A DNA stretch of 64,000 nt from a virus (IMGVR_UViG_3300028601_000023:1-64000), one strand, 5' to 3'; counted from the stretch's first letter, positions 19,421 through 29,242 are shown. Notes: a model not told the origin generated them from the sequence alone. Program-made: numbers and translations.

Positions 19421-20701
19421 ATGGCCGAAATGCTAACTGAAGAATTCCGCAATAAGTGGAAGAACATTGTTGAAGAGGAATATGCTGGGCTTCCTCCTGT
19501 TAAAGATCCAACCATCAAGAATGCGATTTATTCCGCAATTCACAATACTGAAAAAGATCTACAGGAAGCAACTGTAACTGGTGACATCGCTCAGTACACA
19601 CCTGTATTGATTTCTTTGATTCGTAGAACCCTACCAACTCTTGTTGGTCCTGAACTTGTAGGTTTGCAGCCAATGTCTGTTCCTACTGGTCGTATTTTCG
19701 TACAGCACGTTTATGGTGGTGGATCTGAGATTTGGAAAGAAGGTGCTGTAGGTACTTCTACCGCTGCTGGTGCTGCTCCAAATGCTTCTCTATCCGGTCC
19801 TTATACTACTGCTAACGGCGAACAGCTTGGCGTTAAAGGCACTGGCGTGGCTACTGATGAAGCTGGAACTGGTACCATAACTTTACAGACTCCTGGTGTG
19901 CCATGGCCTGAAATGCAGTTTAGTATTTCTGCTGTTGATGTATCCGTGAAGACACGTGCTTTGAAGGGTAAGTTGACAACTGAAATCATCTCCGATCTTA
20001 AGGCTGTGCACGGTCTTGATGCTGAGCAGGAAATTGCTAACATCCTACAGACTGAAATCACTGCTGAAATCGACCGCGAGATTGTAACTCGTATCTACAC
20101 AGAAGCTAAGACTGGTGCTGGTAACTGTTCTGTAGCTGGTACTTTCGACTTCTCCGTTGATGCTGATGGACGTTGGTCAATGGAAAAGGTTATGGGTCTA
20201 TTGATTCAGATTGAACGTGAAGCAACTTGGATTGCTCAGGAAACTCGTCGTGGTCGTGGTAACTTTATTCTTACTTCCCCTGAATTGGCTGCTTATCTTT
20301 CTATGGCCAATTTGATCAGTGTTGATATTAAGAATACTGGTTTTGATCAGCCTATCAACCCAGTTGGTGTGTCTTACTACGGTATGCTAACCAATCGCTT
20401 CAAGGTATATGTTGATCCTTATCTAACTTCTACTGTTGATTCTGGTAAGATCAAGCATCAGATGGTTGTAGGTTACAAGGGCGCTAACGTTTATGACGCT
20501 GGTTTGTTCTATTGTCCTTATATTCCTCTACAGTTCTTCAAGGCTACTGGTGAAGAAGATTTTGGGCTACGTCTCGGTGTGAAAAGCAGATATGGTTTAG
20601 TAAGCAATCCCTACTACATGGCAACTGGTACTACCGCCGCTACCGCCGCTACCAACTCTTACTTCCGGAAATTCTCAGTAATTACCGACAAATACGCGTA
20701 A
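19421..20701 (+). CDS. gp23: Major capsid protein
   Basis: LISLIRR, GLQPM..PTG, DLKAVHGLDAE, EI.AEIDRE, DAGLFYCPY.PL, SRYG...NP. Confidence 0.98.
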   Translation: MAEMLTEEFRNKWKNIVEEEYAGLPPVKDPTIKNAIYSAIHNTEKDLQEATVTGDIAQYTPVLISLIRRTLPTLVGPELVGLQPMSVPTGRIFVQHVYGGGSEIWKEGAVGTSTAAGAAPNASLSGPYTTANGEQLGVKGTGVATDEAGTGTITLQTPGVPWPEMQFSISAVDVSVKTRALKGKLTTEIISDLKAVHGLDAEQEIANILQTEITAEIDREIVTRIYTEAKTGAGNCSVAGTFDFSVDADGRWSMEKVMGLLIQIEREATWIAQETRRGRGNFILTSPELAAYLSMANLISVDIKNTGFDQPINPVGVSYYGMLTNRFKVYVDPYLTSTVDSGKIKHQMVVGYKGANVYDAGLFYCPYIPLQFFKATGEEDFGLRLGVKSRYGLVSNPYYMATGTTAATAATNSYFRKFSVITDKYA

Positions 20702-20730
20702 GTTTAATTCAAGTTTAACTCTCTTTAATG

Positions 20731-20757
20731 AAGGGCCTTCGGGCCCTTTTTTATTTT
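20731..20757 (+). terminator. Intrinsic terminator with C(UUCG)G tetraloop
   Basis: AAGGGCC-TTCG-GGCCCTT then T run. Confidence 0.9.
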
Positions 20758-20800
20758 CTAATTCTATCAGTAAGCAATCCATTTTACACAAATCTCAATG

Positions 20801-20808
20801 TATAAATA
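20801..20808 (+). promoter_or_regulatory. Late promoter directly before the GIY-YIG endonuclease (likely leaderless)
   Basis: TATAAATA-GATAC-ATG. Confidence 0.7.
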
Positions 20809-20813
20809 GATAC

Positions 20814-21935
20814 ATGAAAAACAAATCCAAATTCTCGAGGCGTCTATTAGACTTTTGGGCACATAAGCTTGAAACGTGTAAATTCCACTATTTCTACATT
20901 ATTACAAACACTAAAAACAACAAAATTTATTGTGGTATTCATTCGACCAACGCTCTAGATGACAACTATATCGGTTCTGGATCTGATTTATTAAAGGAAT
21001 ATCAGAAATACGGCACCGAACACTTTGTCAAGAAGATTATCTGTAGATTCGAAACTAGGCGTCAAGCAAGTGAATTTGAAAAGTTTGTAGTCAACAAAAC
21101 ATTTATTCTATCTCCATATACATATAATAAACGCATTGGCGGAGATAATGGTGGAATCTTGAATCATACAGAAGAAACGCTTAAAAAGATTTCAGATGCA
21201 TCTAAATTAAATATCACTGATTCATTCGCTCGTTATAGTAAAAATAAATGTAGAGTCTTTAATCCTGAATCTGGCCGAAGAAAAATTGTTGACAAAGAAG
21301 AGCTAGAGTTGTATCTTAAACAAGGATTCGTTAGAGGAACCGGAATTAAAAACAAAACGTCTCTAAATAAAAAGATAGTTACAAATACTTCTACAAATGA
21401 ATCTATATTCGTTAATGCAAATAAAGTAGATGAATACACCAACGGAGGATATGTTGTGGGAAATAACGGAAAAGGATCAGACAAGCGCTCTATAGCACAA
21501 ACTGGGTTGAAAGTACTATATAACAAAGAGCTAGACAAACACACAAAGGTAAAACCGGAATTAGTTGATGAATATCTTGAAAACGGGTGGGTTCTTGGAA
21601 TGTCTGAAGAACTAACAAAAGCAAAAGGAACCATTGCACTTGATACAGTTTGGATCACCAATATTTCTACTAATGAATGTATCAAAATTAAGTTAGTAGA
21701 TCTGCAAAGCTATCTTGACAACGGATGGATCAAAAAGAGAACAATGCAATTTTCAGAAGAAGGTTTGAAGAAGTGTGGAGATTCTTCCAGAGGATTGGTC
21801 TTTGTTCATTTACCTTCAACACAAGAATGCAAAAGAGTTCAACCAGAAGAAGTTGATGCGTTGCTTTCAGAAGGGTGGATTAAAGGGCGTCCATTCAAAA
21901 AGAGAAATAGAAAAAAGAAATCGGATTTACTATAA
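20814..21935 (+). CDS. Free-standing GIY-YIG (Seg-like) homing endonuclease
   Basis: YFYIITN..N.KIYCG.H...YIGSG, YNKRIGG; five C-terminal repeats ending GW/GF/GY. Confidence 0.88.
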   Translation: MKNKSKFSRRLLDFWAHKLETCKFHYFYIITNTKNNKIYCGIHSTNALDDNYIGSGSDLLKEYQKYGTEHFVKKIICRFETRRQASEFEKFVVNKTFILSPYTYNKRIGGDNGGILNHTEETLKKISDASKLNITDSFARYSKNKCRVFNPESGRRKIVDKEELELYLKQGFVRGTGIKNKTSLNKKIVTNTSTNESIFVNANKVDEYTNGGYVVGNNGKGSDKRSIAQTGLKVLYNKELDKHTKVKPELVDEYLENGWVLGMSEELTKAKGTIALDTVWITNISTNECIKIKLVDLQSYLDNGWIKKRTMQFSEEGLKKCGDSSRGLVFVHLPSTQECKRVQPEEVDALLSEGWIKGRPFKKRNRKKKSDLL

Positions 21936-21943
21936 TGACTTTG

Positions 21944-22031
21944 TATAAATAAAATCGTATTCCACAAGATACTGATGATGATTCGTTCGTCATCCGGAAA
22001 ACCACCAGATTGCCTCCTCTGGTGGTTTTTT
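21944..22031 (+). ncRNA. Candidate late small RNA (promoter, three hairpins, terminator)
   Basis: TATAAATA at 21944, no ORF, 12-bp terminator stem with loop TTGCCTCC; gp3 has its own GATAAATA at 22044. Confidence 0.55.
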
Positions 22032-22067
22032 GTTTTCTAAGTTGATAAATATGGTTGAGGAGTATAT

Positions 22068-22589
22068 ATGTCAATATTACAACAAATAGATCTATCAAAA
22101 GCCGGTTCTAATAATTTCATTATGGTAACTGATCGTTTGCCCAATATGATGTATTTTGTTCAGAACGCTTCTATGCCATCTCTGACAGCTAATCAAACAA
22201 TTCTTCCATTTCCAACAAAAGCAACTTTCAGTGTGCCATCTCCAAATTTGGAATACGAAGAACTGACTCTTGTTATGCTAATGGATGAAAAGTTTAAATC
22301 ATATTTCTCAATCGTAGAATGGATGCAATATAATACCAAGGTTAAGAATTTTGCTGAAGCTTTTTCTGATCTGAACTTGTTGCTTTTAGACAATGCAAAG
22401 AATCCAATTCTATCTGTCAAATTCATAGATGCTATGCCAGCTACAATTTCAAACTTTGAAATGGGATCTGATGATTCACATTCATTTACGTTCTATGCTA
22501 CATTCAAATATCATTACTTTACTTGTACATATTTCGATGGAACTGGATCTTTCTGGACTCCGAACATTCCGGAACCAGTGGTGCCATAG
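22068..22589 (+). CDS. gp3: Tail tube terminator / completion protein (gp3-like)
   Basis: YFVQ.A.MP, LEYE.L....MDE....Y..I.EWM, F.DA.P motifs; precedes uvsY/uvsW. Confidence 0.8.
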   Translation: MSILQQIDLSKAGSNNFIMVTDRLPNMMYFVQNASMPSLTANQTILPFPTKATFSVPSPNLEYEELTLVMLMDEKFKSYFSIVEWMQYNTKVKNFAEAFSDLNLLLLDNAKNPILSVKFIDAMPATISNFEMGSDDSHSFTFYATFKYHYFTCTYFDGTGSFWTPNIPEPVVP

Positions 22590-22591
22590 AG

Positions 22592-22620
22592 TTGACAAAG
22601 TAAGATTTCTTTAATATAGT
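22592..22620 (+). promoter_or_regulatory. sigma70-type promoter
   Basis: TTGACA-17-TATAGT. Confidence 0.75.
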
Positions 22621-22641
22621 TTGATTTTATCGGAGGCTAAA

Positions 22642-23058
22642 ATGAAAACTGTAACTGAACCGAAAACCATATCCAAATATGAATCGGAAGCTATTTCTGA
22701 TCTCAATTTCGATATTTCAAAATTTCAAGACTATACTACTTCTATTGGATCTAAAAAGGTCAAATGGGGAAGGTATCTATACGATGAAGAGAAGTTGCTC
22801 AATACAGCTGATCATAAACTTCGTGAAGCATATCTTGAACGTTATAACCATTATAGATTCAACCATGAAACAATTATAGAACCAAAGAACTTGGATATCT
22901 ATATCAAAGCAGATGTTCTTTATACAGAAAAAGAAACAGCTGTACAATTACAAAAATTAAAAGTAAATTTCATTAAAGAAGTTTTATCTACTCTGGAAGG
23001 ACAGTCTTTTATTGTCAATTCAGTACTAAAACATTTCTTGTGGGAACATGGAGAATAA
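22642..23058 (+). CDS. uvsY: Recombination mediator UvsY
   Basis: Size, helical content, Y..YR...E....DIYIKAD motif, synteny; start reassigned to the ATG after GGAGG. Confidence 0.75.
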   Translation: MKTVTEPKTISKYESEAISDLNFDISKFQDYTTSIGSKKVKWGRYLYDEEKLLNTADHKLREAYLERYNHYRFNHETIIEPKNLDIYIKADVLYTEKETAVQLQKLKVNFIKEVLSTLEGQSFIVNSVLKHFLWEHGE

Positions 23059-23059
23059 T

Positions 23060-23242
23060 ATGCCGATTTATGAATATAAGTGTGAGAAATGCGGAAAAGA
23101 ATACGAAGAGATTATGGATACAGAAGAGATGTTTGTCTGTCCGCATTGTGGATATGTCTGCAAGCGATTGATTTCTCTTGGAACATTTGTTCTAAAAGGA
23201 AGAGGATGGGCTGCAGACGGGTATTCTAAGGGATCTCGCTGA
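23060..23242 (+). CDS. FmdB-family zinc-ribbon protein
   Basis: MPIYEYKCEKCG...CPHCG...F.LKG.GW..DGY. Confidence 0.85.
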   Translation: MPIYEYKCEKCGKEYEEIMDTEEMFVCPHCGYVCKRLISLGTFVLKGRGWAADGYSKGSR

Positions 23243-24771
23243 TGATAGTTTTAGGCAAACATGATTCAGCATATGGAAGCATTCAGACGGACGACTATGG
23301 ACTTCTGATGGACGTCTGGGAGCATTTTACTTTCTATAAGCCCGGTTACCGATATATGAAGGCGTTCAAAGAACGTCGGTGGGATGGTAAAGTAAAGCTG
23401 ATCAATATTTCAGAACGTTTATTTCCACTCGGTCTAGCAACTGCAATCAAAAAATATTTCGACGGTCTGAAAGTAAAATGCACTATGACAGATGAGTTGA
23501 AAGATGCTTTTCATGATCAGATTAGTGTAGAAGAGATGACTGAATTCTTTAAGAGATTCAAATTCTATTCTAAAGGAAACGAAATCTTTCCACGAGTTGA
23601 TCAGTTATATGCGGTTCATCGGTCATTAAAATACAAAAGGTCTGTAAATATTTGTCCAACTTCTTTTGGTAAGAGTCTTTCAATTTTCATGCAAGCTCTA
23701 TGGCATATTGCTCATGGTAGAAAGATCATTATTGTTGTTCCTACCGTTGCTCTTGTCCAGCAGTTTGAAAATGATATTAAAGATTATTGTACTGTAGATG
23801 GAAAGACTCTGAATTACTATCCGAACATCCATAAGATATATGGTGGACAAGATAAGAACTTTATGCCTGATACTGATATAGTAATTAGTACTTGGCAGTC
23901 TATCTATGATATCGGATCTAAATTCATCAACAAATTTGATGTAATTGTTCTTGATGAATGTCATAAAGGTCAAGGAGAATGTATTCAGAAAGTTTTCAAT
24001 AATGCAACTGAAGTAGAATATAGAACTGGATGGACAGGAACTCTTTCTGATACTACTTTGAATCTATTGACAGCTGAAGGTCTAATGGGTCCGATAGAAG
24101 AGATCGTAGATACTAAAACGCTGATGGAGAAGGGAGTAGTAGCAGATCTCAATATTGTTTGTACGCGTATTAGATATCCTATAGAACTATCAAAGAAGGT
24201 TCTTGGATTGGATTATCAGAACGAGATCAAATTCTTAGAAAAGTATAAACCTCGCACAGTTCTCATAAGTAAAATTGCTGCGTCTATGGATCAGACAGGT
24301 TTAATGCTTTATAGACATATCTCACACGGCGAATTACTTAGGGATACGATCAGAAAGATGTGCCCAGATAGAAATGTTTATTTTATTCATGGCGGACATT
24401 TTCAAAGAAACGATACAATGTATAAGTCTATTGAAATATTGAAACCTTTTATGGAAGCAGATGAAAATGGTATAGTAATAGCAAACTATCAGATCTTTTC
24501 TACCGGTTTGTCTATCAAGAATCTACGATGGTTGATGTTTGCTGCTCCGTCCAAATCATATGTGAATGTTCTACAGTCGATTGGACGAGTGCTTCGAGTG
24601 AAGGAAGGGAAAACTAAAGCTGTTTTAATTGATATTATTGACGATCTATCAGTTAAGAAACGCGTTCATACTAAAATGAACTATGCAATGAAACATTTTC
24701 AAGAGCGGTTTGAAATCTACACTTCAAAACGTTTTACTTATCAGATGAAAACTATAAATCTTGGAGAATAG
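23242..24771 (+). CDS. uvsW: UvsW DNA/RNA helicase
   Basis: WDGK, PTSFGKS, DECH, QSIGRVLR. Confidence 0.95.
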   Translation: MIVLGKHDSAYGSIQTDDYGLLMDVWEHFTFYKPGYRYMKAFKERRWDGKVKLINISERLFPLGLATAIKKYFDGLKVKCTMTDELKDAFHDQISVEEMTEFFKRFKFYSKGNEIFPRVDQLYAVHRSLKYKRSVNICPTSFGKSLSIFMQALWHIAHGRKIIIVVPTVALVQQFENDIKDYCTVDGKTLNYYPNIHKIYGGQDKNFMPDTDIVISTWQSIYDIGSKFINKFDVIVLDECHKGQGECIQKVFNNATEVEYRTGWTGTLSDTTLNLLTAEGLMGPIEEIVDTKTLMEKGVVADLNIVCTRIRYPIELSKKVLGLDYQNEIKFLEKYKPRTVLISKIAASMDQTGLMLYRHISHGELLRDTIRKMCPDRNVYFIHGGHFQRNDTMYKSIEILKPFMEADENGIVIANYQIFSTGLSIKNLRWLMFAAPSKSYVNVLQSIGRVLRVKEGKTKAVLIDIIDDLSVKKRVHTKMNYAMKHFQERFEIYTSKRFTYQMKTINLGE

Positions 24772-24775
24772 TCTA

Positions 24776-24804
24776 TTGACATTCATAAAAGAAAAGGTTA
24801 TATT
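24776..24804 (+). promoter_or_regulatory. sigma70-type promoter
   Basis: TTGACA-17-TATATT. Confidence 0.75.
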
Positions 24805-24833
24805 GGATTAAATAACTTGCTTAAGGTGGTATC

Positions 24834-25319
24834 ATGTCAAAACGTCCGCAATACTGTAACAATAAGGAATTTTATGAAAGGCTCACATCATGGTTAGATG
24901 AAACCAAAGATCAAGAATCTCCAAAAATCCCAGATGATATTGCTCTGACTATCATGCGTATCTGTGAGAACCTTGGACGATCTGGACGGTTTAAAAACTA
25001 TACATGGCTTGACGATATGATTGCTGATGCCATTTATTGTTGTATCAAAGGTCTTAGAAATTTCAACCCAGAAAAAAGTTCTAATCCTTTTTCTTTCTAT
25101 ACTGCTTTTGCATGGAATGCATTCATTAAACGTATCAATACTGAAAAGTCACGATTAGCTGCTCTTCAGGATTACAAAGAAAATCTAACTGATCTGTACT
25201 ATACGGATCGAAATGATGACTTTTCATATATTGATACTAATGCTCATAATGCAAATATGGAATATTTAAAAGAGAAAAAGAAAAAAATCAAAAAAGATCT
25301 GATGGAAGAATTCTTATAA
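24834..25319 (+). CDS. gp55: Late-transcription sigma factor
   Basis: Y.NNKEF, F.NYTW.DDMI.DA, NFNPEKSSNPFSF.T...NAFI.RI..EK. Confidence 0.93.
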   Translation: MSKRPQYCNNKEFYERLTSWLDETKDQESPKIPDDIALTIMRICENLGRSGRFKNYTWLDDMIADAIYCCIKGLRNFNPEKSSNPFSFYTAFAWNAFIKRINTEKSRLAALQDYKENLTDLYYTDRNDDFSYIDTNAHNANMEYLKEKKKKIKKDLMEEFL

Positions 25320-26392
25320 TGAAAATTTTGTTCCTAGGAGATCTGCATATAGGAGCAAGGAATTCTTCTAAGTTGTTTATGGATTATTTCCATAAGTATT
25401 ATACAGAAGAATTGTTTCCATATATTCTTACTAATAAAGTAGATCTCGTTATTCAGTTGGGTGATACGCTTGATAAGAGAAAGTCTATTGATTTTCTCGT
25501 TTCAAGGTTCTTAGAAAATGTCTTCTACAAATTCTTCGAAGACAATCAGATTCCGATCTACTCCGTTCTAGGCAATCATGACATTTACTATAGACAGACA
25601 ACAGAGGTCTCTGGACTATCAGTATATGAGGATCTGTTTAAGATGGTTCATATTATTTCGGAACCATCTATACTTGAATTTTCTAATATCTATATCAGAC
25701 TGATTCCTTGGTTGTGTGATTCTAATAGAGCAGAAATTGAAAAGGCTCTAGTAGAAGATTCTAAAATCAAAAACAAATATAAGATTCTGGCTGGTCATTT
25801 GGAACTTGCTGGATTTCCGATTCATAAAGGTATCAATTCAGAATCTGGATCTATTGAAGTAAGTTCATTGTCTCAGTATGACAAGGTTTATTCTGGTCAT
25901 TATCATTCCCCATCAGACAAAGGAAATATTTCTTATATCGGAGTTCCATATCAATTGACATGGTCTGATCATGGGGATGAAAAGAAAACTGTATGTCTTG
26001 ATACTGAGACTATGGAATATGAAGTGATTCCAACACAATTGAAGATGTTCCACAAGTTCTTCTATACTAATGAATTATCAAAACTGATAGATTACTCATC
26101 TATTAGAAAATCATACATAAAGATTATTCTGAATGACAAAGATATTTCTAATGCTAGGTTTGATATATTCCTTTCAGAACTAGAAGAGAAAGCAGAGCCG
26201 ATCTCAATTCAAATTATCGACAATCGAGAAGTAGAAACAAATTCAGAGTCTTTTGATATTGAAGTAGATGATCCAATTACTATTTTAATAAAAACGCTTG
26301 AGTCTACAATAGAAGACAAAGAGATATTGGACCTTGCTAAATCTCTATCATTTGAAATTTACAATACTACATTGGCTACAACAGAGGCATAG
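25319..26392 (+). CDS. gp47: Recombination nuclease subunit (Mre11/SbcD-like)
   Basis: GDLHIG, LGD..D, GNHD, GHLEL.GF, SGHYH. Confidence 0.95.
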   Translation: MKILFLGDLHIGARNSSKLFMDYFHKYYTEELFPYILTNKVDLVIQLGDTLDKRKSIDFLVSRFLENVFYKFFEDNQIPIYSVLGNHDIYYRQTTEVSGLSVYEDLFKMVHIISEPSILEFSNIYIRLIPWLCDSNRAEIEKALVEDSKIKNKYKILAGHLELAGFPIHKGINSESGSIEVSSLSQYDKVYSGHYHSPSDKGNISYIGVPYQLTWSDHGDEKKTVCLDTETMEYEVIPTQLKMFHKFFYTNELSKLIDYSSIRKSYIKIILNDKDISNARFDIFLSELEEKAEPISIQIIDNREVETNSESFDIEVDDPITILIKTLESTIEDKEILDLAKSLSFEIYNTTLATTEA

Positions 26393-28126
26393 ATGATCGT
26401 ATTTAAAAAAGTAATAATGAAAAATTTCTATTCTGTTGGTAATAAAGCAGTAGAAATAGATCTTGATAAACACAAAATTACTATAGTATCGGGGAAAAAT
26501 GGTGCTGGCAAATCTGCAATAATTTTGGATTCTATATTCTTTTGTTTGTATGGTAAATCATTCCGCAGAGTAAATCTTGGTAATATGATCAATTCTATAA
26601 ACAATAAGAAGATGGAACTTGAATTATATTTCCAAAATGGTCCTAATACATATATGATTCGTAGAGGGTTAAGACCAAACTATTTTGAGATCTATATCAA
26701 TGGAATACTGAAACCTCTGCCAGCAAATCTAAAAGACTATCAAACGTTCCTTACAACCAATATTCTCAAAATGGATGAGAAGACTTTCAAACAGCTGGTT
26801 ATCATTGGATCTACCTCATATATTCCGTTTATGAGGCTATCACTTGGTGAACGCAGAATAGTAATAGACGATTTACTACGCCTTGATCTATTTTCATCTA
26901 TGCTCTGGAACGCAAAGCAATTGAATTCATCTGCAGAAGCTGATTACAACTCAACATCTAATTCTATTGATAATCTAAAGACCAAAGTAAAATACAAGAA
27001 ACAATCTTCTGAAGATGTAGTCTCTAATCTAAAGTCTAATATTACTGATATAGAAAGCTCAATTGAAAGTCTAAAAGAAAAGACTGTTGACCTTCAGACA
27101 AAGAAAGAATCTTGTTTAGATGAATTTCAGACTGATGTTATAACTAATCTACAGAAAACAATCAAATCTCTTTCAAAGTCTATTCCTGAATTACAGATTC
27201 TTAAATCAAAAAAGCAATCATCTATTGACGCAAATAGATCAATTATAGATTTCTTTGAAGCTCACGACATTTGTCCGACATGCACACAACAGATCTCAGA
27301 TGATAAAAAATCTGAGCAGGTTAGTACCGCAAAACAAAAGGAAGAAAAGTATCTATCAGAATTAGTTCTTTTCAATGACAAGATCGATGAACTATCCAAA
27401 CAAAAAGAATCTCAGATGGAAGAGCTCAAAACTTTTAGATCTAAGTATACTGAAATTGAAGCTATAAACAATCAGATCAAGTCGATCAATGATCAGATCA
27501 AATTGTTAGACAAGCAACACGGATCATTGCTATCTAAATTAGAAACAGCCCTGAATACAACTGAAGAAAATATTACCGAAATTCTCAACGAGATCTCATC
27601 ATATGAAGATATCTTGAATCAGTCGAACAAAAAACTAACAGCTATCAAATCTGTTATTGCTCTATTGAAAGATGACGGTGTTAAAAGTATTATCATCAAG
27701 AACTATATTCCGATCATCAATGCTCTGGTCAAAAAATATCTTGATGTCATCGGCTTCAATGTTGGGTTTGAATTCAATGAGCAGTTCTCAGAGATCATTA
27801 GATCTCGTGGAAGGGATATCTTTGAGTACGACAACTTTTCAGAAGGAGAGAAGATCCGATTAGATCATGCTATCCTTTTTGCTTTTAGAGAGTTGTCAAG
27901 ACTGCGTAGTAGTATTCATACCAACCTATTGATCTTTGATGAATCTGATAAAGGAACATTGGATACTGATGGATTCACTGCTATCAAGGATATCATATCA
28001 ACCTGTACAGACGAGAACATTATTCTCATTTCTCATTCACCAGAAAACTTTATGGACATCGCTGACAGATCGATCAATGTGAACAGGAAAAACAACTTCT
28101 CCGTGCTCGAAATATCGGAACATTAA
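26393..28126 (+). CDS. gp46: Recombination ATPase subunit (Rad50/SbcC-like)
   Basis: GKNGAGKS, CPTC zinc hook, FSEGEK signature, LIFDE, ISH. Confidence 0.96.
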   Translation: MIVFKKVIMKNFYSVGNKAVEIDLDKHKITIVSGKNGAGKSAIILDSIFFCLYGKSFRRVNLGNMINSINNKKMELELYFQNGPNTYMIRRGLRPNYFEIYINGILKPLPANLKDYQTFLTTNILKMDEKTFKQLVIIGSTSYIPFMRLSLGERRIVIDDLLRLDLFSSMLWNAKQLNSSAEADYNSTSNSIDNLKTKVKYKKQSSEDVVSNLKSNITDIESSIESLKEKTVDLQTKKESCLDEFQTDVITNLQKTIKSLSKSIPELQILKSKKQSSIDANRSIIDFFEAHDICPTCTQQISDDKKSEQVSTAKQKEEKYLSELVLFNDKIDELSKQKESQMEELKTFRSKYTEIEAINNQIKSINDQIKLLDKQHGSLLSKLETALNTTEENITEILNEISSYEDILNQSNKKLTAIKSVIALLKDDGVKSIIIKNYIPIINALVKKYLDVIGFNVGFEFNEQFSEIIRSRGRDIFEYDNFSEGEKIRLDHAILFAFRELSRLRSSIHTNLLIFDESDKGTLDTDGFTAIKDIISTCTDENIILISHSPENFMDIADRSINVNRKNNFSVLEISEH

Positions 28127-28164
28127 AGACTTTCAAGCGCCGCAACGAAACAGTCAATAATATC

Positions 28165-28186
28165 GGGACCTTACGGTCCCTTTTTT
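28165..28186 (+). terminator. Intrinsic terminator after gp46
   Basis: GGGACC-TTAC-GGTCCC-TTTTTT. Confidence 0.88.
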
Positions 28187-28364
28187 AATTTTCTGCCAAT
28201 TTTGTTGGTAAATATACAGCAATTTTCGTCAATTTCGGGAATAGTCAATTAATTCAACAGGTTAGATGAAATATAGACACACTCTAAGTGGTTGATTTAA
28301 TTCAACAAAAAAAGATACCGTTATTTTCCACAACATTTTTCGTAAATCACAAAAGTGAACCGTT

Positions 28365-28578
28365 TAAAGTAGACAGCTGAAGGATTTATACTAACTTATA
28401 CTGAAATTTCAATATAACTCGGTATAACTTTCCACCAAGGTTTCTACTGTAAGTTTCAACTAACAAGAGCGAAGCTAAATCTTTCCACTGAGGGAACCGA
28501 AGTGGATGTCCCGAAGGGACAAACTCTGATGAGATTTTATTAGATCACCAGAGTGAATACCTAAAGTAGACAGCTGAA
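28365..28578 (+). repeat. 17-bp exact direct repeat TAAAGTAGACAGCTGAA (28365-28381, 28562-28578)
   Basis: Read directly; both copies preceded by AGTGAA. Confidence 0.9.
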
Positions 28579-28793
28579 AGGTTTAGCTAAGTTTAGCAGT
28601 CTTAGAATTATTTAGACGAGATAGAAAGTATATCTATCAGTCCATCTATCAATTAGAATATCCTTAAGGCGATATTTAGATTTATTCTAATTGATCATTC
28701 TCCGGTTCCCTCCGAATGATACCGTCACTAGTTCCTAGTGACAATGGTTTTAATGGTTCCTTTAAAATTCTATTCTAAATACCTCTATTATTC

Positions 28794-29180
28794 ATGTTTT
28801 ATAGCTCCAAACTATATTTGTTTGGGACTAAGTATTTAAAATTATTGAAAATGACATTTTGATGGTTTATCTAGAGATATATCATGAAATTCTATCATCA
28901 GTCCAAAAAACTTTGGAGAGTGTATGATACTCCGTTAAATGACATTCTATCCATCTAAGTAATCAACTAAATTGACTAATTTCTTCTATTGCCTCTAATT
29001 GTTCCCTAGCGGGAAATGGCCTCGGTTCCCTTCGGCCAAAGTTTTAATGGTTTCTATAAATATTTCTATGGAATTCTATTGATCATTCCTATAAAATTTT
29101 ATATTCTGATTCTATCAATTCCATATTATATCTATGTTTTATAGCTCCAAACTATATTTGTTTGGGACTAAGTATTTAAA
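28794..29180 (+). repeat. 47-bp exact direct repeat (28794-28840, 29134-29180) within a larger imperfect repeat
   Basis: ATGTTTTATAGCTCCAAACTATATTTGTTTGGGACTAAGTATTTAAA twice, with internal CCAAAC/GTTTGG hairpin. Confidence 0.95.
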
Positions 29181-29213
29181 TTTATTCAAATTCACATAAA
29201 ATCAAATATTTAG

Positions 29214-29242
29214 TTGACAGATCAGCCAAACGAGAATATATT
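29214..29242 (+). promoter_or_regulatory. sigma70-type early promoter
   Basis: TTGACA-17-TATATT. Confidence 0.8.

Larger units (their letters stand above)
28187..29213. other. Structured non-coding region; candidate replication origin or ncRNA locus
   Basis: No credible ORF; two families of direct repeats; many hairpins. Confidence 0.55.

Noticed and set aside
12116-20061. Antisense ORFs opposite gp5, gp18, gp21, gp22 and gp23
   Set aside because: Shadows of biased sense-strand codon usage; no independent signals.
21972-22031. Hammerhead ribozyme (CTGATGA...GAAA core words present)
   Set aside because: Stem II does not close next to GAAA and no stem I pairing flanks the would-be cleavage site.
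28365-29180. CRISPR or other repeat-spacer array
   Set aside because: Each repeat occurs only twice, about 200 and 340 bp apart, and no cas genes are present.
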